Assembly (NCBI GenBank): GCA_020184695.1
Contig: JAANOX010000003.1
Span: 71,718-135,717 of the forward strand
Reading direction: 5' to 3'
Source of the DNA: Histomonas meleagridis 2922-C6/04-290x
Taxonomy: Eukaryota > Protista > Parabasalia
DNA length: 64,000 nucleotides
Notes under the pieces: model-generated
Databases searched by the model: none
Seen by the model: only the letters and a program-made list of their open reading frames with translations
Told to the model about the DNA's origin: nothing
Shown here: piece after piece, positions 12,116-22,995 of the stretch
How the letters are laid out: every line of letters begins with the position of its first letter
How positions within the stretch are numbered: position 1 is the stretch's first letter
Made by a program: the position numbers and the translations under genes

Positions 12116-12328
12116 TTGAATGGCTGTAAAACATTTTGAAAGGTGAAAACCGTTGTCATAAATTTTTTTTGGTGGATGCGAAATCCTCGTAATTAGTTCC
12201 AGGATTGTGATTATCTTAAGTGCAACTTAGAGAGGTTCGGCCGAAGGCCTTCTGTCTATACTCCGCAATTATTTTTGTACATGGAAGGCGGCTGCTCCTG
12301 CAATGACGATATCGGAGCATGATTTACA
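12116..12328 (+). other. copy A of diverged ~210-bp intergenic element (promoter-like head plus conserved downstream segment)
   Basis: Aligns along its length with the reverse complement of 15920-16123; head TTGAATGG..CATTTTGAAAGG..AAACCGTTGTCATAAA nearly identical. Confidence 0.7.
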
Positions 12329-12694
12329 TCCAAAAGTCAACCGTTTAATGATCCATTTCCCGATCATATGATATAATTTGGCGTCATTTTTAAATTCAAC
12401 AAAAAGGATTAGCTAATCCTCAATAAAAAATGAAGAATAGTAATTAAAACATTAGAAAGAGCTAACCAAACATAATACAGAGTCAAAACATAAACAAATT
12501 TTAAGTTAAAAAAAAATTGAGACAATTAATATTATTTATTAAAAATCTAAAGCATACGTTTGTGGGTAAGAATTAAGTCGTACTTGCAAGTTAGTTGGGC
12601 TTTTAGATGGAGAAATATCTTGTGCTTTGAAAGCAAAGAGTAGAAATTTCGCAAGTGAATTCCAGAACGACTTTTTCATGTAATATTTATCGTT

Positions 12695-13414
12695 TTGACA
12701 AAATTCAATGTTATCGTTCATAAGCACCAAATGGAAAACAACACTGAAAAACAAAGAAAAGCATTAAGACATCAAATATTGGCGAATTTTCCCGGCATGT
12801 CAGCAAGCCAAATATTTGAAGAAATAAGAGAAGAAAAATTACCTATTGTGAAGATGTCAAATCTGGCGCCATTTTGTGAAAAAATTGGAATTCAAATAAA
12901 ACAATTACCGCTTATACTTGGGTCATATTCAGTAAATGGAAAATCAATTACTGCTGAAAAATTTCAAAAATTTTTAGAGGATGAACTATGTTTCAATACT
13001 ACAACTAATTTCAAACCAAAAGAAATAGAAACAATCGAATTACCTGTTAAACAATGGGAGATACTTAATGCATTTGTTGGAATTTTTAAAGAAAAAAAGG
13101 CAAGTTTTGGATATTCACCCAATTCAAGGTCTTTTGCTCCAAAGGAAGGCTACGTGAAAACACGGAAAATTGAAGTTACTTCAGATTGCAATGGATGTAA
13201 TAATCACTGGCTTTGGATTCAAGCAAAAAGTTTGAATAGTTTCGAATATGATAATTCTAGCGTCCGACTTGCGGCGCTTTGTAAGTTTGCAGAAGAGGTT
13301 AACTTACAATTTTCAACAGAAGAATTTATTGAAGCAGTTTTTGCATTTTTAGGAGAAAGGACAGATCATTTGACATATGAACAATTTTCGAAGCTCATGA
13401 ATTCTTTTCCATAA
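12695..13414 (+). CDS. hypothetical protein (possible degenerate EF-hand at C-terminus; start may be 12731)
   Basis: 239-aa ORF; C-terminal DHLTYEQFSKLMN resembles the exit of an EF-hand. Confidence 0.7.
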   Translation: MTKFNVIVHKHQMENNTEKQRKALRHQILANFPGMSASQIFEEIREEKLPIVKMSNLAPFCEKIGIQIKQLPLILGSYSVNGKSITAEKFQKFLEDELCFNTTTNFKPKEIETIELPVKQWEILNAFVGIFKEKKASFGYSPNSRSFAPKEGYVKTRKIEVTSDCNGCNNHWLWIQAKSLNSFEYDNSSVRLAALCKFAEEVNLQFSTEEFIEAVFAFLGERTDHLTYEQFSKLMNSFP

Positions 13415-13828
13415 TTTAAAACATTTACTGTAACAAGAATTTTTTTATTTGTTCACAATATATGGAATGTTTTTTTTTTTTTCACATTCGTACATTTGAT
13501 TGTTCACATAAAGTTGGATTATTGAAATTAAATTATATTAAAGTTTTTTGTAAGCCTTTTTGAGAAGAGACCAATGGTTGAAGTGGCAAAATCATGGTTC
13601 AGGATATAATCGATGTAAAAGAATGAAATCTTATATTAGAAGATGCCACTTGAAATCAGGAATAAATAAAAATTTTTAGGATTTAGTTAAAAAACAATGA
13701 AATACATATTTGCTATACTCTAAATACAAAGTGTATTATACTTTTTAAGTTTCATGACTTTTGATAATTCTTGAGCGAAGTTTTATTAATTTCAAAGCAT
13801 TAAAAAATACAAAATATTAATTAACTAT

Positions 13829-15793
13829 TTAGAATATATATTGGTATGGAAGAGGTCCATCGAATTCAACTCTTTGTATTCTTTTAGTTGACTGCTTCAA
13901 AAGTGTATAATTATAGTTATAGTACATTGATTGTTTTTCATAAGATTGATTCGCGAAGTCGACTTGCAAATCGAACACTCTAAAGTTATCCAAGAAGTCC
14001 CAATTGATTCTCTGCATATTTTCCAATGTTTGATAAGGCAACATCCAATAACCACAGTTATAATCATCGTTAGGCACAAATGTTTCATTATAAGGTTGGA
14101 ATATTTGACTCAACGCCCAAAATGGCATTGATTTGATTTCGATTTCTTTAATTTCCGATGTTTCCGAAGAGATCGAAGCCATTTTAATGTTATTAACTCC
14201 ACCGGGTAATACGTCGACATCAGGGAAAGCGTCGTATTCATTTTTCCTTAATAATACATAAGTATGTAAATCATCGCAAATGTTTGATGAAGAAGATTTA
14301 CATTGTAATATATCAGCGCCTTTTGTGTAGTTCTTACCACGGATTCTTTTGATGTCTGTTGAACATTTCGTATAATCGAATTTTCCATTATTTGTATTCT
14401 GTTGTATGCAATCTAATGTAGCGGGGATCCAATTAAATGGAGTTTTATGATTAGGACAAATCACTGCTTCGTTTTCTTCACTTAATTTGCCCATGAAATA
14501 ATCAACTGAATGACCTTCTTGTCTCCATGAATTATGTAATATGAATCCACCTTTTGGAATATTGGCACTTAATAATCGTTGATATCGATTACGATATATC
14601 CATTCATCATTATAACCAACTAAATTCATCGCATGGCCGCCAAGTTCTGACATGTACATAGGATCAACATTACCTAAGAAAATGCCGTCTTGTTGACGTG
14701 CATCTAATTCTAATTTATAACAATATTCATTTCCATTAGGACATGGAATTGTTTTCGTTTGACATTCAGTGGTTTCTTTAAATAATGTGTTATTACATGG
14801 TAAATAATATACTAAATTAGGTAATGGTACTCCAATTCCTAACGCTCTTCCAGATTTCTTTAAAAGGCGTTTAATGTCATCAATGTTATATGCGGACTCG
14901 AAACTAACGATGTCCCATTTGAGTGGATTTTGTCCTTCTTGTAATGCATCATAAAGATTTGGACAATACATAAATTTCCAATCTGGATCATCTTCTTTTT
15001 CACGATATGGACAAACGCTTTCAGGTAAAACTGATGTTTTAGTTTCTTCCCACGCTTTAGCAAAATAGTAAAGTGATTCGATTTGTTGATCTTCAGATGA
15101 GTTTTGCATTAGACCACCATACTTACATGCTTTGACTTCGGGATACTTATGGCATTGATCGCCAAGCCATGTGAAAAATGCTTGCTTACTAAAACTAACA
15201 TATTCATCTTCATCAAGAAAACCATTTAACACGCCTTTGGCATGATATTGGGATTCAAGAAGATATATCATAGAAAAACACCAACAACTGCCAATGTTCA
15301 TCTGATTGGTGGGTGGAAGAATATAACTTTTGTCAACACTAAATTTGTTTGGAAGTGTTCTTCCTACGTCATCTTTAACAGTGTTAACATCGCTTTTTAC
15401 AATATTGATATTGTCTTTAACATTGGTGATATTGTCTTTAACAGTGTTAATATCGCTTTTGACAATATCAATATCTTTTCTAACATTGGAAACACCAGAA
15501 GCAATATCATCAACGTTGCTTTGAACAACTACAATTTTAGAATCTGCTTTCTTAATTTGACTTTCTAGATTATTAATATCACGACTTGAGACATCGACGC
15601 TATTTTTTACTTGGTGGAGCTCGCTTTGGAGAAAGAGTATTTGTTGTTTAAGATTTGATGATTTGATGGAAAAAATCATTGAAATAAGACTCAAAACAAT
15701 TGTAATAATAACAAGAACTATAATAGCAATCTTTGCTTTGGATACAGGTTTGGATTTAATCAAAGGGGTAGAAGAGTCATAGAGTGATTCCAT
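13829..15793 (-). CDS. papain-family (C1A) cysteine protease with N-terminal TM anchor and coiled-coil stalk
   Basis: QMNIGSCWCFS (catalytic Cys), GGHAMNLVGY (His), HNSW (Asn); TM IAIIVLVIITIVLSLISMIFSI; 7-aa repeats DINIVKS/DNITNVK. Confidence 0.92.
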   Translation of the reverse strand: MESLYDSSTPLIKSKPVSKAKIAIIVLVIITIVLSLISMIFSIKSSNLKQQILFLQSELHQVKNSVDVSSRDINNLESQIKKADSKIVVVQSNVDDIASGVSNVRKDIDIVKSDINTVKDNITNVKDNINIVKSDVNTVKDDVGRTLPNKFSVDKSYILPPTNQMNIGSCWCFSMIYLLESQYHAKGVLNGFLDEDEYVSFSKQAFFTWLGDQCHKYPEVKACKYGGLMQNSSEDQQIESLYYFAKAWEETKTSVLPESVCPYREKEDDPDWKFMYCPNLYDALQEGQNPLKWDIVSFESAYNIDDIKRLLKKSGRALGIGVPLPNLVYYLPCNNTLFKETTECQTKTIPCPNGNEYCYKLELDARQQDGIFLGNVDPMYMSELGGHAMNLVGYNDEWIYRNRYQRLLSANIPKGGFILHNSWRQEGHSVDYFMGKLSEENEAVICPNHKTPFNWIPATLDCIQQNTNNGKFDYTKCSTDIKRIRGKNYTKGADILQCKSSSSNICDDLHTYVLLRKNEYDAFPDVDVLPGGVNNIKMASISSETSEIKEIEIKSMPFWALSQIFQPYNETFVPNDDYNCGYWMLPYQTLENMQRINWDFLDNFRVFDLQVDFANQSYEKQSMYYNYNYTLLKQSTKRIQRVEFDGPLPYQYIF

Positions 15794-15919
15794 CCCGAAA
15801 ATGACCTGAACTTAAACGATGAAAATTTGAATTGATATTTCTGAACCGTGTCAAATCGGTTGCAGTCAAAAAATATTGAAATTTAAATTTAGTCGTTTTT
15901 TAAAAAACCGCTACAATGT

Positions 15920-16123
15920 TGCTAATCACGCTGATTTTATCATCACCACCTTCCATGTGCCAAAATAATAGAGGGGTTTGGCAGAAGAGGCAGAAGGCTT
16001 TCTATTGAATCCCTTTAAATGCACATCAGATACTCACTATCTGGAATAAATTAAGAGGATTCCAAAAAAACTCATTTTATGACAACGGTTTGCCTTTCAA
16101 AATGTTATTTTACAACCATTCAA
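15920..16123 (-). other. copy B of diverged ~210-bp intergenic element
   Basis: Inverted homolog of 12116-12328. Confidence 0.7.
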
Positions 16124-16737
16124 CTCGAGTTGTTCTTCACTCTTGCCGATAATTCCATTCAGTGAATCTTATGCAAGTGTAGGCTTTTTATTCCTTGCAA
16201 AACAAAGAAAATATATAACTTTGGATCTCGAAAACATTGTAGAGCTAAATTAGATATGCAATTTACTTTTATTAAATAACATGAATGCTTACCTATGAAT
16301 AAAGTAACTATTTTACTCTTGTAAGTAGTTGAATTTTCATATTTTATAATCGAAAACATGGAACATTTTCCTTAAAAAGAAAATTTTTAACTTTTTGTAA
16401 AGTTTATATCGGTTTCTGCATAAAAAAACATTCAACCTCCAAAACGTTTTTTATCCTTCCAACTTTTTGATGAAAAAATTGAATAAGTTATTTTTATGAG
16501 GATTTGCGTTTAGAAGTGGTATAAATTCATAACTTTAAAAAAACATCATTGTTTTAATAATATAAAATACAATTAGAGCAAAAGCCAATGAATTGCCACA
16601 TGGGATATTATTAGAATAAGAAACGAAAAGAAGAAAAGTTTTTCCAGTGATTTTCTATCGGTAATTTAAAACCATTCAAAAAATTCTATGACTTTTAACA
16701 GTTTTTGAGAAAAAGCGGATGCTAAACTGAATTTTAG

Positions 16738-19700
16738 ATGCCTCCAAAGAGGGGACGCGGCAAGAAAAAAGCAAAGGCAAAGAAAATTATTATCCCAGAC
16801 GAGAACGTAGAAGACCTTGAACCCGAAAATTTTGAGAATTACCAACTTGGTATAAAATTGGGTAAAGGTGCATTCGGAAGTGTTTATCAAGGTCTTGATG
16901 TTAACACCGGAGGCCTTGTTGCCATCAAAACTATACCTCTTTTAAAAGCAAAAGGAAACCTTGCAAGTGTTCAAAGTGAGATTGATTTAATGTCAGGTCT
17001 CAAAAACGAACATATAGTTCAATATATATGTTCTCACAAAACAAAAGACTTTCTTTACATTGTTATGGAATTTGCAGAAGGTGGCTCACTTCAACACATT
17101 CAAAAAAAATTCGCGAATTTTGATGAACATTTAGCTGCAACATACATTTATCAAGTTTTAATTGGTCTCAAATATTTGCACTCACAATCTATTATTCACA
17201 GAGATATTAAAGCAGCCAATATTCTTCTTAGTAACAACATTGCAAAATTATCAGATTTTGGAATTTCTGTCAATATTAGCGATCCAAACCAACAAGCAGA
17301 CATGAACTGCCAATTGTCAGCCTATTGGTCAGCACCAGAAGCCATTAATATGGAACCAATTACAGAAAAAAGTGATATCTGGTCATTAGGTATTACAGCC
17401 ATCGAAATGTTTACTGGCGCCCCACCATACTTTGACCTTGCCCCAATCCCAGCCATGTTTAAGATAGTCCAAAATCAAGAAACTCCATTACCAGATAATA
17501 TATCTCCAGAATTTAAAGAATTTTTACAAGGTTGTCTTACAAGAAACGTAACTTTCCGTAAGTCTATAGATGAGTTACTTGAATCTAAATGGATTCGAAA
17601 ACATATTAATATAATGTATGAATCACCAGGAATTCCTCGAAAGCAAAGCATAAAAATTTCTAGCAAGAATCTTTCTTCAGTACTTGGTGATGACAAAGCC
17701 AATGAACTTAAAATGTTCCAAGAAGATTCATCTGACATGGATGATGATTTCTTAAGTTCAGCACAACCATTAATTACATTACCACCACAGAAGAAACAAT
17801 CTCTTAGCCTAGCAGATTTTGCAGAAGATGATTCAGATGACTTTGAAATTCCAAATAACATTAATTCATTAGATACTCCATTTATCCCACAAATTACTAA
17901 CAACAACATGAAGCAAGCAGATTTTGCCAAACTTGATGATGAAGAAAGTCTTATTGATGATTCACAACAACCACAAGCCGATCTTGATGAATTTGCCGAA
18001 GATGATTCTGATGGCTTTGATTCTGATCCATTCCTTGATCCTCTTCCTAGTAGTCAAAGCAATCTTAAGCCGATTCTCAATGCACGCGAGCCAGTTTCCA
18101 ACATCATTCAAAAATTCGAAGCTGTTTCACTTCACAATCCCAACCGTCCGGGCGAAGTCAATTTTGAGAGCGCCATGCATGCACTAGATGACATCTTTGC
18201 GGATGACAATACAGAGCAACAGAAAGAAATCGAACGTCAAACCAACTTAGTTAAGAACACAATTCAAGAGATGCATTTAATCTTGCAAACGTATGAAGAA
18301 GATGGTAATGAAGAACAACTGAAACAATCATGTGAATTAGTTAAGAACAACTTTAAGAATGAGCCATATGTTAAGAACCAACTTGCACAATATCATGGTG
18401 TCTTACCTATGGTTGAAATGATACAAACCAACAATCAAAAACTTTTAGAACTTACGTTACCATTTATCTCCACAGCTGTTAAAGATCAAACAGACATTCA
18501 AACTTCATTATGTTTATTAGGTGTATTACCATATTTATTTAATTATGTAATTTCACCAGATTTTTCCGAGTTCATACAACTTAAATCATTAAAGATATTA
18601 CATAGTATATGTATTAGTCAAAAGAAACCTGTCCAAATGTTTATCTCTGCAGGTGGATTAACAAAGCTCACGTCGATTTTCGAGAATTTCCCACATAATG
18701 AACGCCCACGATTAACAGAGTTAGTTATTGATATTATTGACGCAGTATTTTCATATCCATGTCGAACTCCAAAGTTTTGTTTTGCACGTATCATGGCGCA
18801 AAGTGGAATCATAAAACATTTAGGTAATCGATATGTATCATTACCATCCGATAGTCCATACTTAGATAAGTTATGTCGAATCTTCGAGACGTTTTCTAAG
18901 GGCGACATGATAGTTAAGCGTAAGATGGCCGAAGATAAGACGTTCATTGATAACATATTCACAAAAGCGCGCTTTAAGTTCCAGCCAACAGGTACGTCAA
19001 GTCAAGGGCTGAATGATTGGAACTTATTCTTAATCATTCAAGCGATGAATAACTTAGCAATGGACAAAGGAATTGTACAATTATTATGGAAAACGAATTT
19101 GGTACAATATTTGATCGAATATTTATTGATCGATAAACGAAATATCGATCAATTCCATATGAACCCAACACTTAACACATGTTTCTCAGCTTTGTTTCAT
19201 TTGTCACGTGTATTAACATCGGAATGCGTATCTAAAGTGGCGCAATTAATACCATTGATTAATTACATCCTTAAGAAAGACCTCCCATTAAAGGAAATGG
19301 CGACAACATTGTTCTTGGAATTCGTTAATACACATAGCGGTGTAAAGAAAATGAGAATTCGTCTGGAACAAAATGATGGCGTGTCAACATTGTTCTTGTT
19401 GTTGAAGAATAATAATCATAAAGAACAAATCTTGACTGCGTTCGAAGAATGGGCTGCACATAACCCTCAAATCATCGATTCATTCTTATGTAATAATAGA
19501 AAGGAGTTCGCTAATATTATTATTAACTTGTTAAAGGGCGAAAATTATACGGTGATGAATCAAGTAGTATTGAAATTAATTGGAATTTGCGATCGGTGTA
19601 AGAATTTGGCTGAAAAACTATCGGCGAATTCAAAATTGTTAAAGGCGGTTGTGAAGCAGTTGTTCAACCAAAACAACGACGCAGAATTGAGAGCATCGTT

Positions 19701-19869
19701 GTCAAGCTTAATTCTGACATTCTACCAGTCAACAAAAGTGCCAAAGCAATGGAATAGAAGAATTAATTTGAAGGAAATTATAGATAAGACTATAGCTGAT
19801 AGCTCAATAACCGTAAGAAATATTGGAAAGTTGTTGGTGCAGGCGGACCAATTAAACTATTTCTTTTAG
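16738..19869 (+). CDS. STE-group Ser/Thr kinase, Cdc15/Cdc7/SepA (MAP3K-epsilon)-like, with ARM-repeat C-terminus
   Basis: GKGAFGSVY, VAIK, HRDIKAAN, DFG, YWSAPE kinase motifs; acidic linker; HGVLPMVEMI and LCLLGVLP motifs typical of Cdc15/SepA C-terminal region. Confidence 0.88.
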   Translation: MPPKRGRGKKKAKAKKIIIPDENVEDLEPENFENYQLGIKLGKGAFGSVYQGLDVNTGGLVAIKTIPLLKAKGNLASVQSEIDLMSGLKNEHIVQYICSHKTKDFLYIVMEFAEGGSLQHIQKKFANFDEHLAATYIYQVLIGLKYLHSQSIIHRDIKAANILLSNNIAKLSDFGISVNISDPNQQADMNCQLSAYWSAPEAINMEPITEKSDIWSLGITAIEMFTGAPPYFDLAPIPAMFKIVQNQETPLPDNISPEFKEFLQGCLTRNVTFRKSIDELLESKWIRKHINIMYESPGIPRKQSIKISSKNLSSVLGDDKANELKMFQEDSSDMDDDFLSSAQPLITLPPQKKQSLSLADFAEDDSDDFEIPNNINSLDTPFIPQITNNNMKQADFAKLDDEESLIDDSQQPQADLDEFAEDDSDGFDSDPFLDPLPSSQSNLKPILNAREPVSNIIQKFEAVSLHNPNRPGEVNFESAMHALDDIFADDNTEQQKEIERQTNLVKNTIQEMHLILQTYEEDGNEEQLKQSCELVKNNFKNEPYVKNQLAQYHGVLPMVEMIQTNNQKLLELTLPFISTAVKDQTDIQTSLCLLGVLPYLFNYVISPDFSEFIQLKSLKILHSICISQKKPVQMFISAGGLTKLTSIFENFPHNERPRLTELVIDIIDAVFSYPCRTPKFCFARIMAQSGIIKHLGNRYVSLPSDSPYLDKLCRIFETFSKGDMIVKRKMAEDKTFIDNIFTKARFKFQPTGTSSQGLNDWNLFLIIQAMNNLAMDKGIVQLLWKTNLVQYLIEYLLIDKRNIDQFHMNPTLNTCFSALFHLSRVLTSECVSKVAQLIPLINYILKKDLPLKEMATTLFLEFVNTHSGVKKMRIRLEQNDGVSTLFLLLKNNNHKEQILTAFEEWAAHNPQIIDSFLCNNRKEFANIIINLLKGENYTVMNQVVLKLIGICDRCKNLAEKLSANSKLLKAVVKQLFNQNNDAELRASLSSLILTFYQSTKVPKQWNRRINLKEIIDKTIADSSITVRNIGKLLVQADQLNYFF

Positions 19870-20386
19870 TGTGTAAATAATATAATGAATATCCTTTTTG
19901 TAGCGACCGTTAACTTTCGAGTGAATTCACTTCGTTGTGACTTTTGTTGGCTCAATACACTTTTTCATAGAATGACTTTTTGTTGTTTATTACATGGACG
20001 GGTACAAGAAAAACTTAAAAAAAAAAAAAACGGCACGTTTGAGCGCTCAAATTTTGTTTGCTTTTTAACGGTCGGATTTTCACGCGTCGTTAACACAAAA
20101 TGTGCTTTTATTTCAATTTTCTGAACTTATCTGGCTTCGCCCTTTTTCTTATGTCTGTATATATAAAGTATGTTTTGACAGAATTACAAAACCGCTTTTT
20201 CTAATAACAAATTTTCCTATTTATCAGGAAGTTAATCTTTTTGGATTATAATATTTTTCAACAAAAATAAATACATAATACGAAACATGTTTTATATTAT
20301 ATGGCTTGGAATTAAGAATTAAAATTAATTTTTTAGAAATATAAATTTATTGTATTTCCATAAGTGATCTTTAAAAACTTAAAATT

Positions 20387-21803
20387 TTAAGTGTCTTTTT
20401 CCATATTTTGAAGCATATAAATAATACAAGTAAATCCTCTTTTAGATGCAATCATTAATGATGTCTCAAAAGAATAGAAAAACCTCCAAAATTTGTTTTA
20501 ATATCATAACTTATTAATAAAATCATTAAAACAAATGAACAAATATCCTTGGCATTAAAATCAATTCCTTTTTGCTCAAGAAGTAATTTAACTATATCTG
20601 TATGACGTTCCATAGATGCGCACATTAGCGCTGTTTTAAGTAATTTAAATGATTTCCAAATATTATTTTGAAATATCAAATTATAACAAACAATATTTTA
20701 TATAATAAATATATATCTTTAGCATTAATATCAATTCCTTTTTGTGCAACAAGTAATTTAACTATTTCTGTATAACCACATAAAGATGCCAAAATAAGTG
20801 CTGTTTTAATTAATTTAAATGATTTCCAAATATTATTTTGAAAAGGAAAATAATAAAAATAAATATTAGATAAAACAAATAAATATCTTTAGCATTAATA
20901 TCAATTCCTTCTTGTTCAAGAAGTAATTTAACGGATTCAACCTTATTATTCGAAGAAGCATACATAAGTGCACCCCAAAATAATTAGTATAAATATCAAA
21001 AAAATTTGATGAGCTTCTAATCATTGATATAAATATCTTTTGGATTTATATCAATTCCATTTTGTTCAAGAAGTACTTTAACAATTTCTGTGTGACCTTT
21101 AAAAGATGCTTCAACAAGTGCTGTTTGAAATTTTTAAAATAATATTTAAATTGAACAAATTAATATCTTTAGCATTTATATCAATTCCTTTCTGTGCAAG
21201 TAGTAATTTTACTGTTTCTATATGACCATACCTAGATGCCATGATGTAAGAAATTTTCCTAAGAAATTCCAAATATTATTTTGAAAAGGAAAATAATAAA
21301 AATAAATATTAGATAAAACAAACAAATATTTTTGGCATTAATATCAATTCCTTTTTGATCAAGAAGTAATTTAACAATTTCAACATAATTATTCGAAGAT
21401 GCAAACATAAGTGCAGTCCAAAATAATTTGTATAAATATCAAATTTTACTTAAAAATACCAAAAAAATTTTATGAACTTTTAACTATTGATATAAATATC
21501 TTTTGCATTTATATCAATACTTTCTTGTTCAAGAAGTATTTTAACTATTTTTGTGTGTCTATTACGTGCTGCAATTATAAGTGCAGTACTAAAATATTTA
21601 AGTAAATATTAAAATTTTTTTTAAAATTGTAAAATCTTAAAATAAATATCAAATATAACATTTAAACGTTTCTAGCATTGATATTTATTTTTTTATATTC
21701 AACTAATATTTTAACGACTTTATCAGATGATTCAGTGGTTGCAATCATAAGCGCTGTTGCAATAAAACAAAATAAATTTTATATTACATTTTAGAATATA
21801 TTT
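20387..21803 (-). repeat. ankyrin-unit array 1: ~90-nt ANK units separated by mostly 80-nt spacers (170-nt period)
   Basis: Units TALxxAS..G..EIVKLLLEQKGIDINAKD start at 21757, 21587, 21417, ~21247, 21124, 20974, 20804, 20634, 20464; last unit ends in TAA at 20387. Confidence 0.9.
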
Positions 21804-22727
21804 ATTTTTAGCATTTACATCAATTCCTTCTTGTTCAAGAACATATTTAATAAGTTCACAATTAGTTGATTCTACAGAAAAAACCAAAATGTCTTTTGGG
21901 ATTTGATGATTTTCAAGAAAATAATTTAAAAGAAATATGTTTCCAACTTTTGCTGATACATTAATAAGGACATCATTAATTTTTAGACCAATTTCAATAA
22001 AAAAAGGGATAATTTCATAATTATGAAATATAATACATTTCTTTTCCAGTTCTTCTAATTTAACAATTTCTTCAATTTTGTTTTCATAAAGATATTTAAA
22101 GATATCATTTCGATGGAATTCAATTGCTGTTTCATACCCATTTTTAAATGATGAATGATTTTGTTCACATAAATAAATAATTTCAAGATTTCCACCTGCA
22201 ACTGCATATTTACCTGTGTTTATTACATTTGCTCCATTCATAAGTAAATATTTAAAACATTTAACTGAAGAAAAAAATGCTGCATAATCAATTAAGGTAA
22301 CATCTTCTTTGTTAATAAATGAACATCTTTCATAAAGTGATGGCTCAATTGTTTGATTAAAATCAAATTTGGTTTGTGATGATATTTCTTGAAGTTTTTC
22401 TATATCATCATTTCGAATTATTTTTGCAATTTCATTTGGATTTATTCCTTCATCAAAAAATATTTCATCTTCTTTTTGCTTTTCTTGATACAAATAAGAT
22501 AATGATCTATGATTTCTAACAGTTATAGTATCAACATATTTCCCTTTTATTAATTTTCGAATAAGAAAACGTGATTCGAAGGTATCCAAATTTAAAATAA
22601 GTTTTAAAAATCTTTTAAATATTTTAATGTTTTTATAAATTTCTTTTACTTTTATTTCAAGTTCTTTTAAAAAATGGAAATAAATATTAAAATCTTTCAT
22701 TTGTGTAACAAATGAAAAATATACCAT
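21732..22727 (-). CDS. DUF3447/ankyrin protein, N-terminal part (continues into array 1)
   Basis: IAKIIRNDDIEKLQE, EPSLYE, TLIDYAAFFSSVKCFKYLLMN, AVAGGNLEII..CEQ, AIEFHRNDIF: trichomonad DUF3447-ankyrin signature. Confidence 0.85.
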   Translation of the reverse strand: MVYFSFVTQMKDFNIYFHFLKELEIKVKEIYKNIKIFKRFLKLILNLDTFESRFLIRKLIKGKYVDTITVRNHRSLSYLYQEKQKEDEIFFDEGINPNEIAKIIRNDDIEKLQEISSQTKFDFNQTIEPSLYERCSFINKEDVTLIDYAAFFSSVKCFKYLLMNGANVINTGKYAVAGGNLEIIYLCEQNHSSFKNGYETAIEFHRNDIFKYLYENKIEEIVKLEELEKKCIIFHNYEIIPFFIEIGLKINDVLINVSAKVGNIFLLNYFLENHQIPKDILVFSVESTNCELIKYVLEQEGIDVNAKNKYILKCNIKFILFYCNSAYDCNH

Positions 22728-22995
22728 ACCATTATATTAAATATTTAATATAAGATAAATAAAAGATTCTGGAAAGTCGGTATCAAAATAATTCATTACG
22801 TCTTTTGCTGATTCTTGAATATTATTTTCATTAAGATTCCAAATTATTTTTTGAAGATTTTGCAATTTATTCATGTTGAAAAAAATAAATGTCAAATAGT
22901 TTTGTAACAAAATTTGAAATATTCTGAGAGTTTAAATATGTCACTATACACGAGAATCAAACATACTTAGTTAAATTATTCGACCATCAATTTTA

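Noticed and set aside
12228-12252. GGTTCG as a tRNA T-loop
   Set aside because: No cloverleaf, D-arm or acceptor stem; no tRNA or rRNA was recognised anywhere in the window
13581-13651. 8-bp stem AAGTGGCA/TGCCACTT, candidate snoRNA
   Set aside because: No box C/D or H/ACA motifs in the right places; an 8-bp repeat can occur by chance
19904-20074. 10-bp inverted repeat CGACCGTTAA/TTAACGGTCG as a MITE
   Set aside because: The arms are simply M3-like promoter motifs; short, with no TSD
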